Below, piece after piece: positions 1 to 13,301 of a DNA stretch of 64,000 nt. Position 1 is the first letter of the stretch, and each line of letters begins with the position of its first letter. The translations under genes and the position numbers were made by a program. The notes under the pieces were generated by a model, which saw nothing but the letters and a program-made list of their open reading frames with translations, searched no databases and was not told the origin of the DNA. The DNA comes from Piromyces finnis finn (taxonomy: Eukaryota > Fungi > Neocallimastigomycota), in NCBI GenBank assembly GCA_002104945.1, contig MCFH01000041.1, forward strand, positions 1-64,000, in the 5' to 3' direction.

Positions 1-963
1 ATATTAGAATATAAAAAGACACTACCATGTAATTATTATAAAAATGGCTGGTGCTATCAAGGAAAAAATTGTCCATACAGTCATGACATTGAACAAAATC
101 CTTCAAGTCAAAGACGTCGTCAACCCATATGTGAATTTTATCGTTCAGGTGGATGCGTTAAAGGTAAAAATTGTCCATTTTCGCATGAATTAAAACTTTT
201 TTCATGTAAATATTATTGGATGTATCCGCCATGTACTGCTGGTGATAATTGTCGTTATTCTCATGAAAATCCTTCTGATGAACAAGCTCGTGAAATTTAT
301 ATTGAGAATTCAATGGATAAAGAAGGTGTTCAATTTGAAGAATGGTTAATTCGTAAGCGTAAAGAGTGGAATTCTCCAAATTATGCATTAAAGAATATAG
401 TTTCCCAAAATAATTCAAATAATAATCGAGATTTAAATCTCGATGATTCAAATTTAATAATTCAAAATGATAACATCAGTATTAATGATAGTAATTATGA
501 TTCAGAATCGGTAAATTACAATTTAACAAATAATATTCAAGTTCCAATAATAATGAACAATAATATAATAAATAATAATATGATTAACAATACAAGTATT
601 ATTAATAATGACATAATAAAAAGTAATGATAATATGAATAATTATAATACTACTAATAATATACCCAATGATTATAATATGGATAATTCACGTTTTAATA
701 ATGCATGTAGCAACATCAATGATGAAAGTAACTATAATAATACCCAAAATTCAATATCTTATGTATCAGCAATGACATTATCATCAACAAATTCATTACA
801 ATCATCATTATCATCTTTCCCATCAATTCCATCTATTCCTTCCATCCCTTCAATTCCTTCTTTAAAAAAATCAAATTTTGATTCATTATCGTTATCAATA
901 TCAACTTATTATAAGAATAAGCCACTATCTAAATCATATACGCCTGGTAATGATAATGATTGA
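1..963 (+). CDS. 3' part of a CCCH zinc-finger protein (ZC3H4/6/8-like three-finger array) with an Asn/Ser-rich C-terminal tail; 5' end lies outside the window
   Basis: Frame 1 is open from base 1: CNYYKNGWCYQGKNCPYSH, CEFYRSGGCVKGKNCPFSH, CKYYWMYPPCTAGDNCRYSH (C-x7-C-x5-C-x3-H twice, then C-x8-C-x5-C-x3-H). Stop TGA at 961-963. Family call rests on finger spacing only. Confidence 0.8.
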   Translation: MLEYKKTLPCNYYKNGWCYQGKNCPYSHDIEQNPSSQRRRQPICEFYRSGGCVKGKNCPFSHELKLFSCKYYWMYPPCTAGDNCRYSHENPSDEQAREIYIENSMDKEGVQFEEWLIRKRKEWNSPNYALKNIVSQNNSNNNRDLNLDDSNLIIQNDNISINDSNYDSESVNYNLTNNIQVPIIMNNNIINNNMINNTSIINNDIIKSNDNMNNYNTTNNIPNDYNMDNSRFNNACSNINDESNYNNTQNSISYVSAMTLSSTNSLQSSLSSFPSIPSIPSIPSIPSLKKSNFDSLSLSISTYYKNKPLSKSYTPGNDND

Positions 964-970
964 ATTATTT

Positions 971-1180
971 AATAATAATAATAATAATAAGAATAAGAAT
1001 AAGAATAAGAATAAGAATAAGAATAAGAATAAGAATAAGAATAAGAATAAGAATAAGAATAAGAATAAGAATAAGAATAAGAATAAGAATAAGAATAAGA
1101 ATAAGAATAAGAATAAGAATAAGAATAAGAATAAGAATAAGAATAAGAATAAGAATAAGAATAAGAATAAGAATAAGAAT
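971..1180 (+). repeat. (AAT)6 followed by perfect (AAGAAT)32 microsatellite
   Basis: Read directly: AAGAAT units span 989-1180 (192 bp). This explains the NK-, RI- and LF-repeat ORFs in the track. Confidence 0.97.
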
Positions 1181-1414
1181 AATAACATTATAATTTTTTG
1201 ATAATATGTTAAAATTATGCTTTTTTATTTAATAATTAATCTAATAGAAAGAAATATAATAAAAAGAGAATAAGTAATAATAAAGATATAAAAATATTAT
1301 GTTTATTAGTATCTATATATATATATGTGTGTGTGTGTGTTTTTTAATAATTATAAAATATTGTTTTAAAATTATTAAAGTTCAGATTTAATAAACTATA
1401 TATTTCTTAGATTA

Positions 1415-1421
1415 TGATTGG
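1415..1421 (-). promoter_or_regulatory. CCAAT box (GACCAATCA on minus strand) about 85 bp upstream of the HIS6 ATG
   Basis: TGATTGG in otherwise nearly GC-free DNA; matches the NF-Y/HAP consensus. Function is inferred. Confidence 0.45.
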
Positions 1422-1505
1422 TCTGTTGATATTTATAAATAAAAAAAATTATATTACAATATAATTTTAAAATTATTAATTATTATAAGAATAAAATATA
1501 AAAAA

Positions 1506-2917
1506 ATGACCTTATTTAAACCATGTATTGATCTTCATAGTGGACAAGTTAAGCAAATTGTCGGTGCTTCTTTAAGTGATAGTGTACCAGATAACTTAAA
1601 AACCAATTTTGTTTCAGAGTAATTATTTCAACTGTTGTTGTAGAATAATAATTGTATTTAATTTTATAAAATAAAATAAATAATAATATTTATGTTCCAC
1701 TTAACATAGAAAACCACCTTCATACTATGCTAATTTATATAAACAATATAATATCCAAGGAGCTCACGTTATAAAGTTAGGTCCAAATAATGATGAAGCT
1801 GCTAAAGAAGCTTTAAGTACATGGCCAGGTTAGAAATTAAAAAAAGATATAAATTTGAATTTGAAAAATTTATATTTTTAAAAATAATTATTAATATAAA
1901 TTTGATATGTAAATATAAATATGTGATATAATTATACTAATTGTAAATAAATAATAAAGGAAATTTACAAATTGGCGGAGGAATTAATATTGATAATGCT
2001 CAAGAATGGATTGATAATGGTGCCAGTAAAGTTATTGTTACAAGTTGGCTTTTTCCAGATACTAAATTTAGTGAAGAACGTTTAAAACAACTTTCCGAAA
2101 AAATCGGTAAAGATAAAATAGTTGTTGATGTTAGGTAATAATTTTTAAGAAATTATAGTATATTTTCTTTTTTAAATTTAAAAAATTAATTATTATATTA
2201 TATGAATTATATATTAGTTGCAAAAGAGTTGGTGATAAATGGATTGTTGCTATGAATAAATGGCAAACTTTAACTGATATGGAAGTCTGTAAAGGTAAAT
2301 TGTTATTTTTTATTTATTTATTTTTTTTGTTTTTCTTTTTAAAATATAAAATAATTAATAAAAATCAATATCTTTCCATACATTTATTATATAATACAGA
2401 AACATTAGATATGCTTTCTCAATACTGCAGGTATATATAAATATTATAAATACATCGCTTATTATTATCTTTTTTTATAAATTAATTTAATTAATATAAA
2501 CAAAAGTGAATTTTTAATTCATGCTTCTCATGTTGAAGGCTTATGTCAAGGAATCGACGAAGCTTTAGTAGAAAGTAAATAGATATTTCTTTTCTAATTA
2601 ACATTAATTCAGTAATAACATATATAACTATTTTAAATAAATAGAATTAGGTGAATGGACTACTATTACTTGTACATATGCTGGTGGCGCTAAGGGTATT
2701 ATTAAAAAGTAAGATTAAAAATTTTAAATTCATGCATACTTATATATATATATATATATATTAAAAAAAAATAGACGTTACTGATTTAGACTTAGTAAAT
2801 AAGTTATCAAATGGTAAAGTTGATTTAACATTTGGTAGTGCCTTAGATATTTTCGGTGGAAAAACTGTTAAATTTATGGATTGTGTTGCTTATAATCAAA
2901 AGGTTTTAGGTCAATAA
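1506..2917 (+). CDS. HIS6: ProFAR isomerase (histidine biosynthesis), 8 exons, 258 aa
   Basis: Exons 1506-1618, 1710-1828, 1960-2134, 2218-2294, 2400-2430, 2507-2574, 2645-2695, 2775-2917 total 777 nt, all with GT-AG introns. Motifs [70 protein letters not shown] match yeast His6. Confidence 0.96.
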
Positions 2918-3211
2918 ATAAAGTTGTATGAAGCATAAATTTGTGAAACTGTTTTATTCATGAATATTAAAATAATGAATGAATGAATGAATAAATAATA
3001 GTAAAAATAAAATAAAATAATATAAATATTCAAACATTATATATTTATAAAATTATATTAATTTTTTTTTTTTTTTTTTAAATTTGTTTCTTTTTTCATT
3101 TATTATTTTTTTTATTTTATTTTCACATTTTGATTTTTTCTTTAAAAATAATTTACATTTAAAAATAAATTAATTTTATCCTTCATTTACTATCCTATTA
3201 ACATTTTATTA

Positions 3212-3264
<53 letters not shown>

Positions 3265-3652
3265 GAATTATAAAAAAAAATGAATCTACACTAATAAATT
3301 ATTGTAATATAGCATAAGATATTATTAACTTATTTAATATATATAATTAAAAATATAAAAACCAATTCTTATTTTTAAAATTTTTTATTTAAAATAAATT
3401 AAATTTAAACTTAAAAAAATTATATAGAATTTGATATTATTACTATTGTTAAAATAATTTATTTATTTTAATTTTCTTTATAATATTAGTTAAGTGCAAT
3501 AAGGTGTATTGATAAAATATATTTTAAAAAGTATATATGTATTATTATTATTATTTATTACTGATATTAATTATTAAAATCAACTAAATAATTAATTTTT
3601 TTATAAATAAAAAGAGTTATAAATAAATTTATTTTCAAAAATTCTCGATTCT

Positions 3653-6386
3653 TTAAATAAGTTCTTCCTTTTCTTCAACAACTTCTTCAATCCATTCTTC
3701 AACATATTCAACATCTTTTTCGACCTTTCTACCTTCACCATCACTTTCATATCCAGATAATTCGTAACGTAAAGCCTTGTCTTTCTTGTATTTTTCTTGG
3801 CATTGGGCACGGTATTCCTTCCATTCTTTGTAGAGCTTCTTTCTTCTTTCAACAATTTCACGAGAAACCTTGGTCTTTAATAATGAATCTTCTTCTTCGA
3901 ACTTAGCAGTGTAATTCTTTAAGTTTTTACGAATCTTCTTCATTTGTTGTGTAGTGAGAAGAGATTCTGGACGTGGACGCCAGATAATTTGCTTGAATGC
4001 TTGCATTGGTTGCTTAAAGAGTGGTTTACCGTTGAATTCCCAGAGTTGGTAACCAGTATCATTCTTTTATTATTTTATTATTAAAATAAATTATTAAATA
4101 AATATTTTATAATAAAAACATAATTTAAATATTCAATAAAAATTCTTACCTTAACCTTCCATGCACTAACACTACTAATTAAATAACGACCAGTTGGATC
4201 CCATTGAATATCAGTGCATTGGAAGTGTTCACCTTCAGCTAATTCACTTAAATCATTACAATCGTAGAAACTTAATTCACCTTGACCCTTTAAGTTAGCA
4301 AAAACAATAAATCTACCCTTTGGATTCCAACAAATGGTATTAGCACCCTTCTTTTCTATGGTGACAAGTTCTTTAGCACCCTTATTTATATCTTTACCGT
4401 CTGTAACTTGGAAAATATGAATACCTGATTGTCCGTTTTTCATACCCATGAAAGCAAATCTCTTACCATTTGGTTCCCAGGAGAAGATATTAACGGTTTC
4501 ATTTGGATCAATTTCAACAACATCAACTGGAATATCTTTTTCCCTAATACGGAATAATTCAAAGTTAGTGAAAGTTGATTTCTTTGTCTTTTTGTATCTG
4601 TCAACTCTCACAAGAAGGTAATCACCCTTAGATTGCCAATATAATTTACAATCAGTAACATTGAAAAGATTTTTAGTTTGAACGATAGATCTTGATGGAA
4701 TACTTAATAAGGTAACACGAGCTGGAGTGTTATCGTTTTCTGGAGTCCAATATGCAAGAACATTATCAGATGGAGACCATGAGAAGGCCTTTAAGTCTTT
4801 TACCTTTATACTCTTTTTATCTAATAAATTCATAGATGGTAATTCATAAACACTGATAGCTCCCTTTGGACCTGGAGTCATTCTAGCAATATATTTATCA
4901 TCGTGTGACCATTTAAAAACTGGCCATTCAATCATTTTACTCTTTTCATTTATATTTAATTGTTCATTAGTAACAGCGAAAGAACGAAGAAGAGTACCAG
5001 TGTTAACATCCCAAATAATTAAATTCTATTTTTAATATTAAATAAGCAATAAAATATTATTACTTTAGTTAATTTTTATTTGTAAACAAGCTATTTAATA
5101 ATTTTATTATATTATATTTACATGTGGTTCACCAGTAGCAGACATAAATGGTTCATTACTCCAAGAAACCATGTAATTTTCGTTTGGACTAAAGTCAATG
5201 TATCTAACATCTGGATGAACAAATCTTACAATTTTATTCCAGCTATCACCACCCCATAAAGCAACACCTTGTCTGTGGAAAGTTACTAAATAAGTACCCT
5301 TTGGAGACCAACTAACATAAGTTTCTGTCCAGTTCTATTATATAAATTTTTATGTTAATATTTTTTATTACTTTTATATTTCAAAATTTTTTATTTTATA
5401 ATTAATATTTACGTTTCTGCTATGAATATGTTCTGGTTGTTCATCCTTGTTATTCCAGTAAAGACTAACAACATTATCTCTTAAAGTAACCCATTGGTCT
5501 CTATCTCTTTCATCTGTTAACCAACTCTTTAAATGTTCCTATTTAACAATTATTATTATTATTTATTTGAAAAATTAAAAGTAACAAAATATTCAATATC
5601 TATTCTAGCATTATATATTCTATTTTATTGTATTTTTTAAATTTAATATTTACTCTTTCTGTGAATTTTTCTAATTCAGGTTCTTTGAATTCATCTTCCA
5701 TTAAAGAGTACTTTTCAATATCTTCGAAATGATTTACAGCAAGAACGTGAGAACGATCAAGTTGATAACCATTAGCTTGTTTAACAGCAAGATCAGCTTG
5801 TTCTGGAGTTTCAAATTCAATAAATAAATAACTATTTTATATTTAAATTATATATATAAATTTAAATTAATTTTATTTCACTTCAAAAGTTATTGTATTT
5901 TTCAATATTAAGTGAAGTAAATTTTTTTAATTTTAAATTATTTTAGATTTACTATTTATTTTTATTTAAACCTAATGTTTATATAATATTCAAGAAATAT
6001 CAAATTTCCTATTTACTAGAATTTTTTATATTTTTTTCTTATATACTTCAACAGCTAAATTTAAATTCAAAAAATTTTAAATTTTTATTATATAGTTGTA
6101 AAATTTACCCCTTTGACATTCCAGTTTCTGGGTCTCTTGGCATATCAATACCATTTTCAACAATTTTACCAATATCCTTGAAAATCTTGTTGAAAACATT
6201 AAATAATTTTGTTTCTTTGGATTGGTCAATAATTGGTGCATTGTCAACAACAACAACAGAACTTAATGATGAAGCAAGACCTAAAGTCATTTCAAATTGT
6301 TTTTCAATATCAGAGAAATCAATTTCTGAGTAATCGATTCCAAGTTCTTCATCAGTGAATTCATCTTTACGATACTTAGCTGGCAT
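3653..6386 (-). CDS. PRT1: Translation initiation factor eIF3 subunit b (N-terminal RRM plus WD beta-propeller), 6 exons
   Basis: RRM VVVVDNAPIID...[36 protein letters not shown]; propeller motifs WTETYVSWSPKGTYLVTFHRQGVALWGG, EWPVFKWSHDDKY, WQSKGDYLLVRVDR, WDPTGRY; C-terminal WRPRPESLL. Introns end in AG. Confidence 0.96.
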
Positions 6387-7052
6387 GTTGAATTACTATA
6401 TGTATTAAAAAATATTCAAATTTTTGGATGAATAATGATACAAATTATTGATTTTAATTTCTATGAAATTAATAAAGCTCTATTTACACTATTATTGTTG
6501 TTATATAATTATGATATATAATTAATATATAATATGTATTAGTTTTATTTATTTATTTTTTAATTATTTTATAAACAAGTTTATAATTGTTATATTTAGA
6601 TTTATATTAACCTTTAAATTTTCAAATTTAATTTTTAATTTGATTATTTTATAATTTATTTTTTTTATTATTATATTTTGATGAATATATACAATAATAA
6701 TTTACAATATAAATTTAATTAGTATTATTATATTTCTTTATCAATTAATTTCAATTTGTTTTATTAATATATTTCACATCCTTTAAGAATGTTATATAAT
6801 ATATACCCTAACTTCTGCCTTTTTTTAAAAAAGATAAATATTAACAATAATAAATTATTTAAGCGCAAATCAACAATATAATATTTTCTGTTAACCTCAA
6901 AAGAAAAAAAAAAAAATAAAATTTAATTTCAATCAATTATAATATATTACATTAATATATTTTTTATATTATCCATATTTCTATATCTTTTATTATATAA
7001 ATATAAAAATATTAATATTGAATAGAATACTTTTAGTGGAAGATTGATCCAG

Positions 7053-7146
7053 CCAATCATGATTTTTAAAATAATATGGGCTGAAGGTATTAAAAATACA
7101 TTTTAGGTTTATATGTATTATCCACATAAAATAAATGTGACACGTG
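7053..7146. promoter_or_regulatory. CCAAT box (AGCCAATCA, 7051-7059) and E-box CACGTG (7141-7146) in the divergent PRT1/ILV1 intergenic region
   Basis: Both motifs are read directly and stand out in near-pure A/T DNA. Binding by NF-Y/HAP and a bHLH factor is inferred. Confidence 0.35.
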
Positions 7147-8534
7147 TATATCATCATCTTAAACTTTTATTTTTTTTTGGTATTGTTTAATGGGTAAAAT
7201 ATGAAAAAAATATATGTTAAAATGTATTGTAATATGATTATTCTATAAGCCACTCCTAATATAATTTATAGATAATATTAATAATAAATCTAATTAATAT
7301 AATAAAGTTGTTTATATCAAATTAATATTGCTCTAAATCTATAAAACAAAAAATGTAATAATAGCAAATGGAGTAAAACCAGAACAGTGGTTGTAAATAA
7401 CTGGAGTAAAATCTTATAAGAAGAATTGTGTTTTAATATATGTAATATAAGAATATAAGCTAATAAGCATTTAAATAATTAATAATAACAAGTAATATTT
7501 TTAAAGAATTATGAATCACTCAAAAACTAAAGGTTTATTTACATGGAGAAAGTAAATAATAGTATAGTTAAATGAATAACAATTGCTTATTTAAACTAGC
7601 AAATATATTATTCTAATAGTGTAACTATAAAATATATATTAAATGTACTAAAAGATATTGTAGTAAAGATATTTTACAAGCTATCAGCCAAAATATATTA
7701 GTACGGAATATGTAAATCATTAATTTAAACAATTACAATTAAAAACATTAAAATTTTTAAAATTATGTGACTTTTAACTTGAATAATAAATTTACACATT
7801 AGATTTAAAAATGAAATGAAATGTTTTATTTAATATTTGTTTTTGTTTTTTTCTAGTTTATATATTGTTTTATGCAATTAATATTTAACAAAAATACATA
7901 AAGCTAATAAATTAAAATTTATTTAAAAAGAACTTATTTCATCAAATAAAAAAATTTGGGATTTATATTACAAATTTTTTTCTATAACCAAATAATAATT
8001 CATTCATAGCACAGTTAATATCATTTAATTAAAACATTTTTTTTTTTTTTTAAAGTAAAAAGGATATATACACCTAATTCATTTTTTAATCATATTTAAT
8101 ATTTAAAGTATATTTAAAAGAAAAAATCATAATTTTGGCTGTATAAATAACTTTACTAATATACAATAATTTAAATTTAAAATTTTACATCTTATTACAA
8201 TAAATTATGGCTTATAAAATATATTATACAGAAATATTTCAAATATATTATAACATATAATAACTATAATAACTAAAATTAAGATAAAAATTATTAATTT
8301 GATACAATACATTATTAATAATTATACATTATTGTTAAATATTTCATCTGATTTTTTTTTTTTTTTAATTTATTTTATTCTATTTTAAAATTTAAAAAAA
8401 TCTTTTTTTAAATATATAAGTTATTTTTTTTTAATATTTACTCATTATATATTTAATTTATTAAATAAAAAAAAATTATAATTTATTATAGATTAGAGTA
8501 GAATAGTTTAATAAAATAAAATAAATAATAGAAA

Positions 8535-10406
8535 ATGCCAAAAAGAGCTAATGATATTGAACAAACTTCTAATAAAAGAGGAAAGGTTACCGTTATAAAG
8601 AATGAAGAAATCAAACGTAGTTCCACTCCACCACCAATTTTTACCAATGTTAATGTTGTTAAAGATGAAAAAACTAGTCCGGTTCCAAATGAACCAGATT
8701 ATCTTAAACTTATTTTAACAGCTAATGTTTATTCTGGAAATGTTGTTAAAGAAACACCACTTTTCAAGGCTGTTAATTTATCTAATCGTGTTGGCAATAA
8801 TATTTTATTAAAACGTGAAGATCTTCAAGATGTATTCTCTTTCAAGATTAGAGGTGCTTACAACAAAATTTTACAATTATCTGAAGAAGAAAAGAAAAAG
8901 GGTGTTATTGCCTGTTCTGCCGGAAATCATGCTCAAGGTGTAGCCTTATCTTCTAACAAACTTGGTATTAAGGCTACTATTGTTATGCCAACAATGACTC
9001 CACCAATTAAAGTTAATAATGTTAAGCGTCTTGGTGGTAATGTTGTTTTACATGGTGTTGATTTTGCAGAAGCTAAGGCCAAGTGTGAAGAACTTACCAA
9101 GGTATAAATATTTAAAATATTTAATAATTTTTTTTTATTAAAAGGGAATAAAAAAAAATTATATAGAATTTATGATTAAATAATTATAAAATTTAATATA
9201 TATAGTAATATATAGTTTAATGATTTATTTTAATATTTTAAATATTTTCATAATTTATATATGAAATTAAATAATATTTAATGATAATAGGAAAAGGGAT
9301 ATGTTAATATTCCTCCATATGATGATCCATTAGTTATTGCTGGTCAAGGTACTATTGCTATGGAAATTCTTAGACAACATGACCCAAACACCATTCATAG
9401 TATATTCGTTCCAGTTGGTGGTGGTGGTCTTGTTGCTGGTATTGCTGCTTACGTTAAACGTATCTGTCCAAAGATAAAAGTTGTTGGTGTTGAAACCTAT
9501 GATGCAGATTGTATGTTCCGTTCTTTAAAAATGGGTAAGATTCAAAACTTACCAGAAGTTGGTTTATTTGCTGATGGTACAGCTGTACGTCAAGTTGGTA
9601 CTGAAACTTTCAGAGTTTGTCAAAAGTATGTTGATGAAATTATTTTAGTTAATACTGATGAAATTTGTGCAGCTGTTAAAGATGTATTTGAAGATACTAG
9701 AAGTATTCTTGAACCATCTGGTGCTTCCTCTGTTGCTGGTGCTAAGAAATATTTAGCTGAAAAGAAGCTTCATGGTGTTAATGCTATTGCTGTTACTAGT
9801 GGTGCTAATATGAACTTTGATCGTCTCCGTTTTGTTGCTGAACGTACTGGTTATGGTGAACAAAATGAAGCTTTAATTGCAGTTAATATTCCAGAAAAGC
9901 CAGGAAGTTTCCATAATCTTTATGACATTATTGAACCACGTGCTGTAACTGAATTTGCTTACCGTTACGGTGATGAAGAGATGGCCAAAATCTTTATGTC
10001 ATTCAATATTAAAAAGGGTACTACTCGTAAGCAAGATGTTAAAGATATTCTTACTCAATTAAAGAAACATGATATGAATGGTGTTGATCTTAGTAAGAAT
10101 GAGTTTGCTAAATTGCATGCTAGATATCTTATTGGTGGTAGAAAGAATGTTCCAAATGAACGTCTTTACCGTTTTATTTTCCCAGAAAGACCAGGAGCTT
10201 TAAAACACTTCCTTGACAGTTTAATGGGTAAATGGAATGTATCATTATTCCATTATCGTAACAGTGGTGGTGATGTTGCCAATGTTTTAGTTGGAATTCA
10301 AGTACCAAAAGAAGATAATGAAGAATTTGAAATATTCTTAAAAAACACCAAGTTCCCATATGTAAATGAAACAGAAAATGAAGCTTACAAGCTTTTCTTA
10401 CAATAA
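8535..10406 (+). CDS. ILV1: Biosynthetic threonine dehydratase (isoleucine pathway), 2 exons, 560 aa
   Basis: Exons 8535-9101 and 9291-10406. PLP motif [61 protein letters not shown], and two ACT-like regulatory repeats ([16 protein letters not shown]...LFHYRN). Confidence 0.97.
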
Positions 10407-11224
10407 ATAATACAATAAAAAATATTATAAAGGACATATTATCTCCTTTTTTTATAATAACCATATAGTTTAAATACTAATATTAAAGTAAATGATATCC
10501 TGTAAATGATCAATAGTATATTTTCTAATAACCATGAAATAGAAAAATATAAAACAAACATTTAAAAAAATGTTCAATACCTTAATATTATAAATTAATA
10601 TTTTTTTAAAAAAGAAAAGTATTACTTTACAAATAAAAGTTTTAATAAAACATAAATAAATTAATATCAATATGTCAATATATACATAAATAATTATAAT
10701 AAATATACCTTTCAATTAATAAAAAGGAGAGAGCTAATTTTATAAAGAAACAAAAAAAAAAAAAAATAAATAAAAAAAAAAAAAAATAAATGCTCCTTAT
10801 TCTTATTTAAAACAAATATAAAAAATTAGAAATTAATATACATACTAAAAAAATAAAAAATAGTTATTTATTTCATTCATATATAAATAAAATAAAACAA
10901 AAATAAAAAAGTTTTTCTTAAAAAAAGTACTTTTAAAAGAAATAATTCTAGTGTTAATGGTTATGTTATGTATTTCCTAAAAGCAATAATTTTAAATAAT
11001 AAAAAAATTTTGAATAATATTATTAATGGATTATTTATTAGATTTATTTCTTTTATAATGTGAAATGTGTTTTATTATTGTTAGTATTTTTGTTTTTGTT
11101 TTTTAAAGTAAAATTAACATTAATTATATAAATTAACTAATATATTAAAAAAAAAAAAAAAAAAAGATAAATAAAAATTGTCTTTCTTGTTCTTATTAAA
11201 TATATATATATAAATTTATTTCAT

Positions 11225-12479
11225 TTAAATTGGTAACTTTTGGTAACCTCTAATAACCCTGGTAAAATTAAAATAATTAATAAAAATAAATAAGAAACAA
11301 TACTTTTTTATTTTTCTATTAAACTTATACATATACTATTTATACTTTATAATACTTACTTAGTAATATATAAATATAAGAAGTCTGAATAGAGTAAAGT
11401 TTGCACAATACCAGCAACAACAGCAATCCAATCAAGAACACCTTCAGCAAAGAAACGATATATCCAATTAAATATATATAAAGCTCTGTAAGCACCTAAT
11501 GCAAATAAATAGTGACTTGTAATAGTTTCAGCTTCACCCGTTCTTTGTAATTGGAATAATTGTGGTAATATAGCAACGGATTCTAAATAAATTGAAAATG
11601 TCCATAAAATCTATTATTAAGATGAATACAGTATATTAGTGCTTAATATTATATTTAATTATTTTCTATTTAATTATAATTTTCTGTTAAATTTTTGTTT
11701 CATTTTAATTTATTATATATTACTACATTGTAATATATGATAAATATAGTTTCACAAAACCTACTTCCATTATAGTAAATTTGTGGTTAATAATTAAAGC
11801 TAAAATAGCAGATGGAATAACTAAATATTCAATTTTAAATGTATCAAGTGAAGCTTGCCAAGTGGCCTGAAGTTTGAACTTCATTAAATAGACAATATAA
11901 ATTGAAGAAGAAATAAAAAAAATCTTCATTATTGTATTATAAACTGAGACAAAGTTTGTAAATAAATCCAAGTATCTTGTCAAGAAAACAACGACATATA
12001 ACACTTGTGTTTTGAATGAAATACCTAAAAAGTAATATATTAATAAATAGCTTAGTTTTATTTACATTAACATAATACAAGATTTGTATTTTAAATTAAT
12101 GTTTATTTAGAGTAAAATTTACTAATAAAAATCTTTCACTGTTAAAATTACTTTTTTAATTATTTCATTATTATTTTTAAAATACAACTAATTTATAATT
12201 GCAATTAAATTTTGTTTTTCTTTAATAATACTAAAAAAGAGAAGAAAAAGAACTTTTAAATTGATATAATATATTTTTGTCTGCGTAATTTTTTTATTTA
12301 TTTATATAAAATTAAAATAAAAATAAAAAAGCTATCTACAGAAATAATTGATTCTCAATGTGTTGATAAATAGTTCATTAAAAATTACCTGATGCTGATT
12401 TAGTTTTATAGATTTTAATAAGAAGAATAAAGATTGATGCCAAGTGCATCAAATCAGCAACTAAACGAAAAATATTCAT
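11225..12479 (-). CDS. ERD2: ER lumen protein-retaining (KDEL/HDEL) receptor, 4 exons, 211 aa
   Basis: Exons 12479-12389, 12024-11765, 11610-11360, 11258-11225 total 636 nt. [74 protein letters not shown]. Confidence 0.97.
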
Positions 12480-13301
12480 TTTTTAGTATTTTAAAAACTA
12501 AATATTCGCTATTTCGTTTTATATATATATATTGTTTATTTATAAAAAAAAAAGAAAAAGAAAAAAAAAGTATCTTAGTTTAACTAAGAATTCCTTTAAG
12601 TAATTTTAAAAATTTAGAAACAAAAATAACAGAAAAAAAGTATAAATATATATTAATTTTTGACGGTTTATTTACTTTTAATATAATTACACTATACAAT
12701 TTTTTAATTTGTAATATAATTGTATTGGTAATATTAATATATAAAAAAAACTTAGTGAAACATGGAATAAAATTTAAAATTTTTTAAAAAAGTTTAAATT
12801 TAATTATTAATTCTTTTTTTTTTTATTATTATTATTATTAGGATTGGATTATTATTAGGATTAGGATTAAAATGAAATGAATATTAAATATACTTCATCA
12901 TTTCATATCAATACTGATGTTTTTTTTTTTCTTTACTACTAATATTTTTATTATTTTACTAATAGTTTATTTTCATTCTTTTTTTTATATCTTGAATTCA
13001 AACTTTAATTAATCCTTTTTTATTGCTTAATACAATATTAATATCATTTTATAATAAAATATTTTTTTTACTAATAAAGATAATAAAGATAAACAAATAT
13101 AAAACATAAAAAGTAAAAAATTATATTATATCATATATTAGATTATATTTAAATATTTATATTGAAATAAAAAAAATAAAAAAAAAAATCTTGGTAACTT
13201 TAAACATGTATCAATAAAATATTGGTGTTTATTTACAATGTTAATAAATATTTAATAATAATAATAATAATAATAAATTTTTTTTTTTTTTTTTTTTTTT
13301 A

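Noticed and set aside
878-1201. NK-, RI- and LF-repeat ORFs
   Set aside because: These are translations of the (AAGAAT)n satellite with no unique coding sequence.
2507-2545. HIS6 HASHVEG instead of the usual HAADVEG, as possible loss of function
   Set aside because: By alignment to bacterial HisA the catalytic acid corresponds to the retained Glu, and the CID Asp is intact.
12838-12869. TTAGGA repeats resembling telomeric sequence
   Set aside because: Only about three imperfect copies, derived from a TTA satellite; not TTAGGG.
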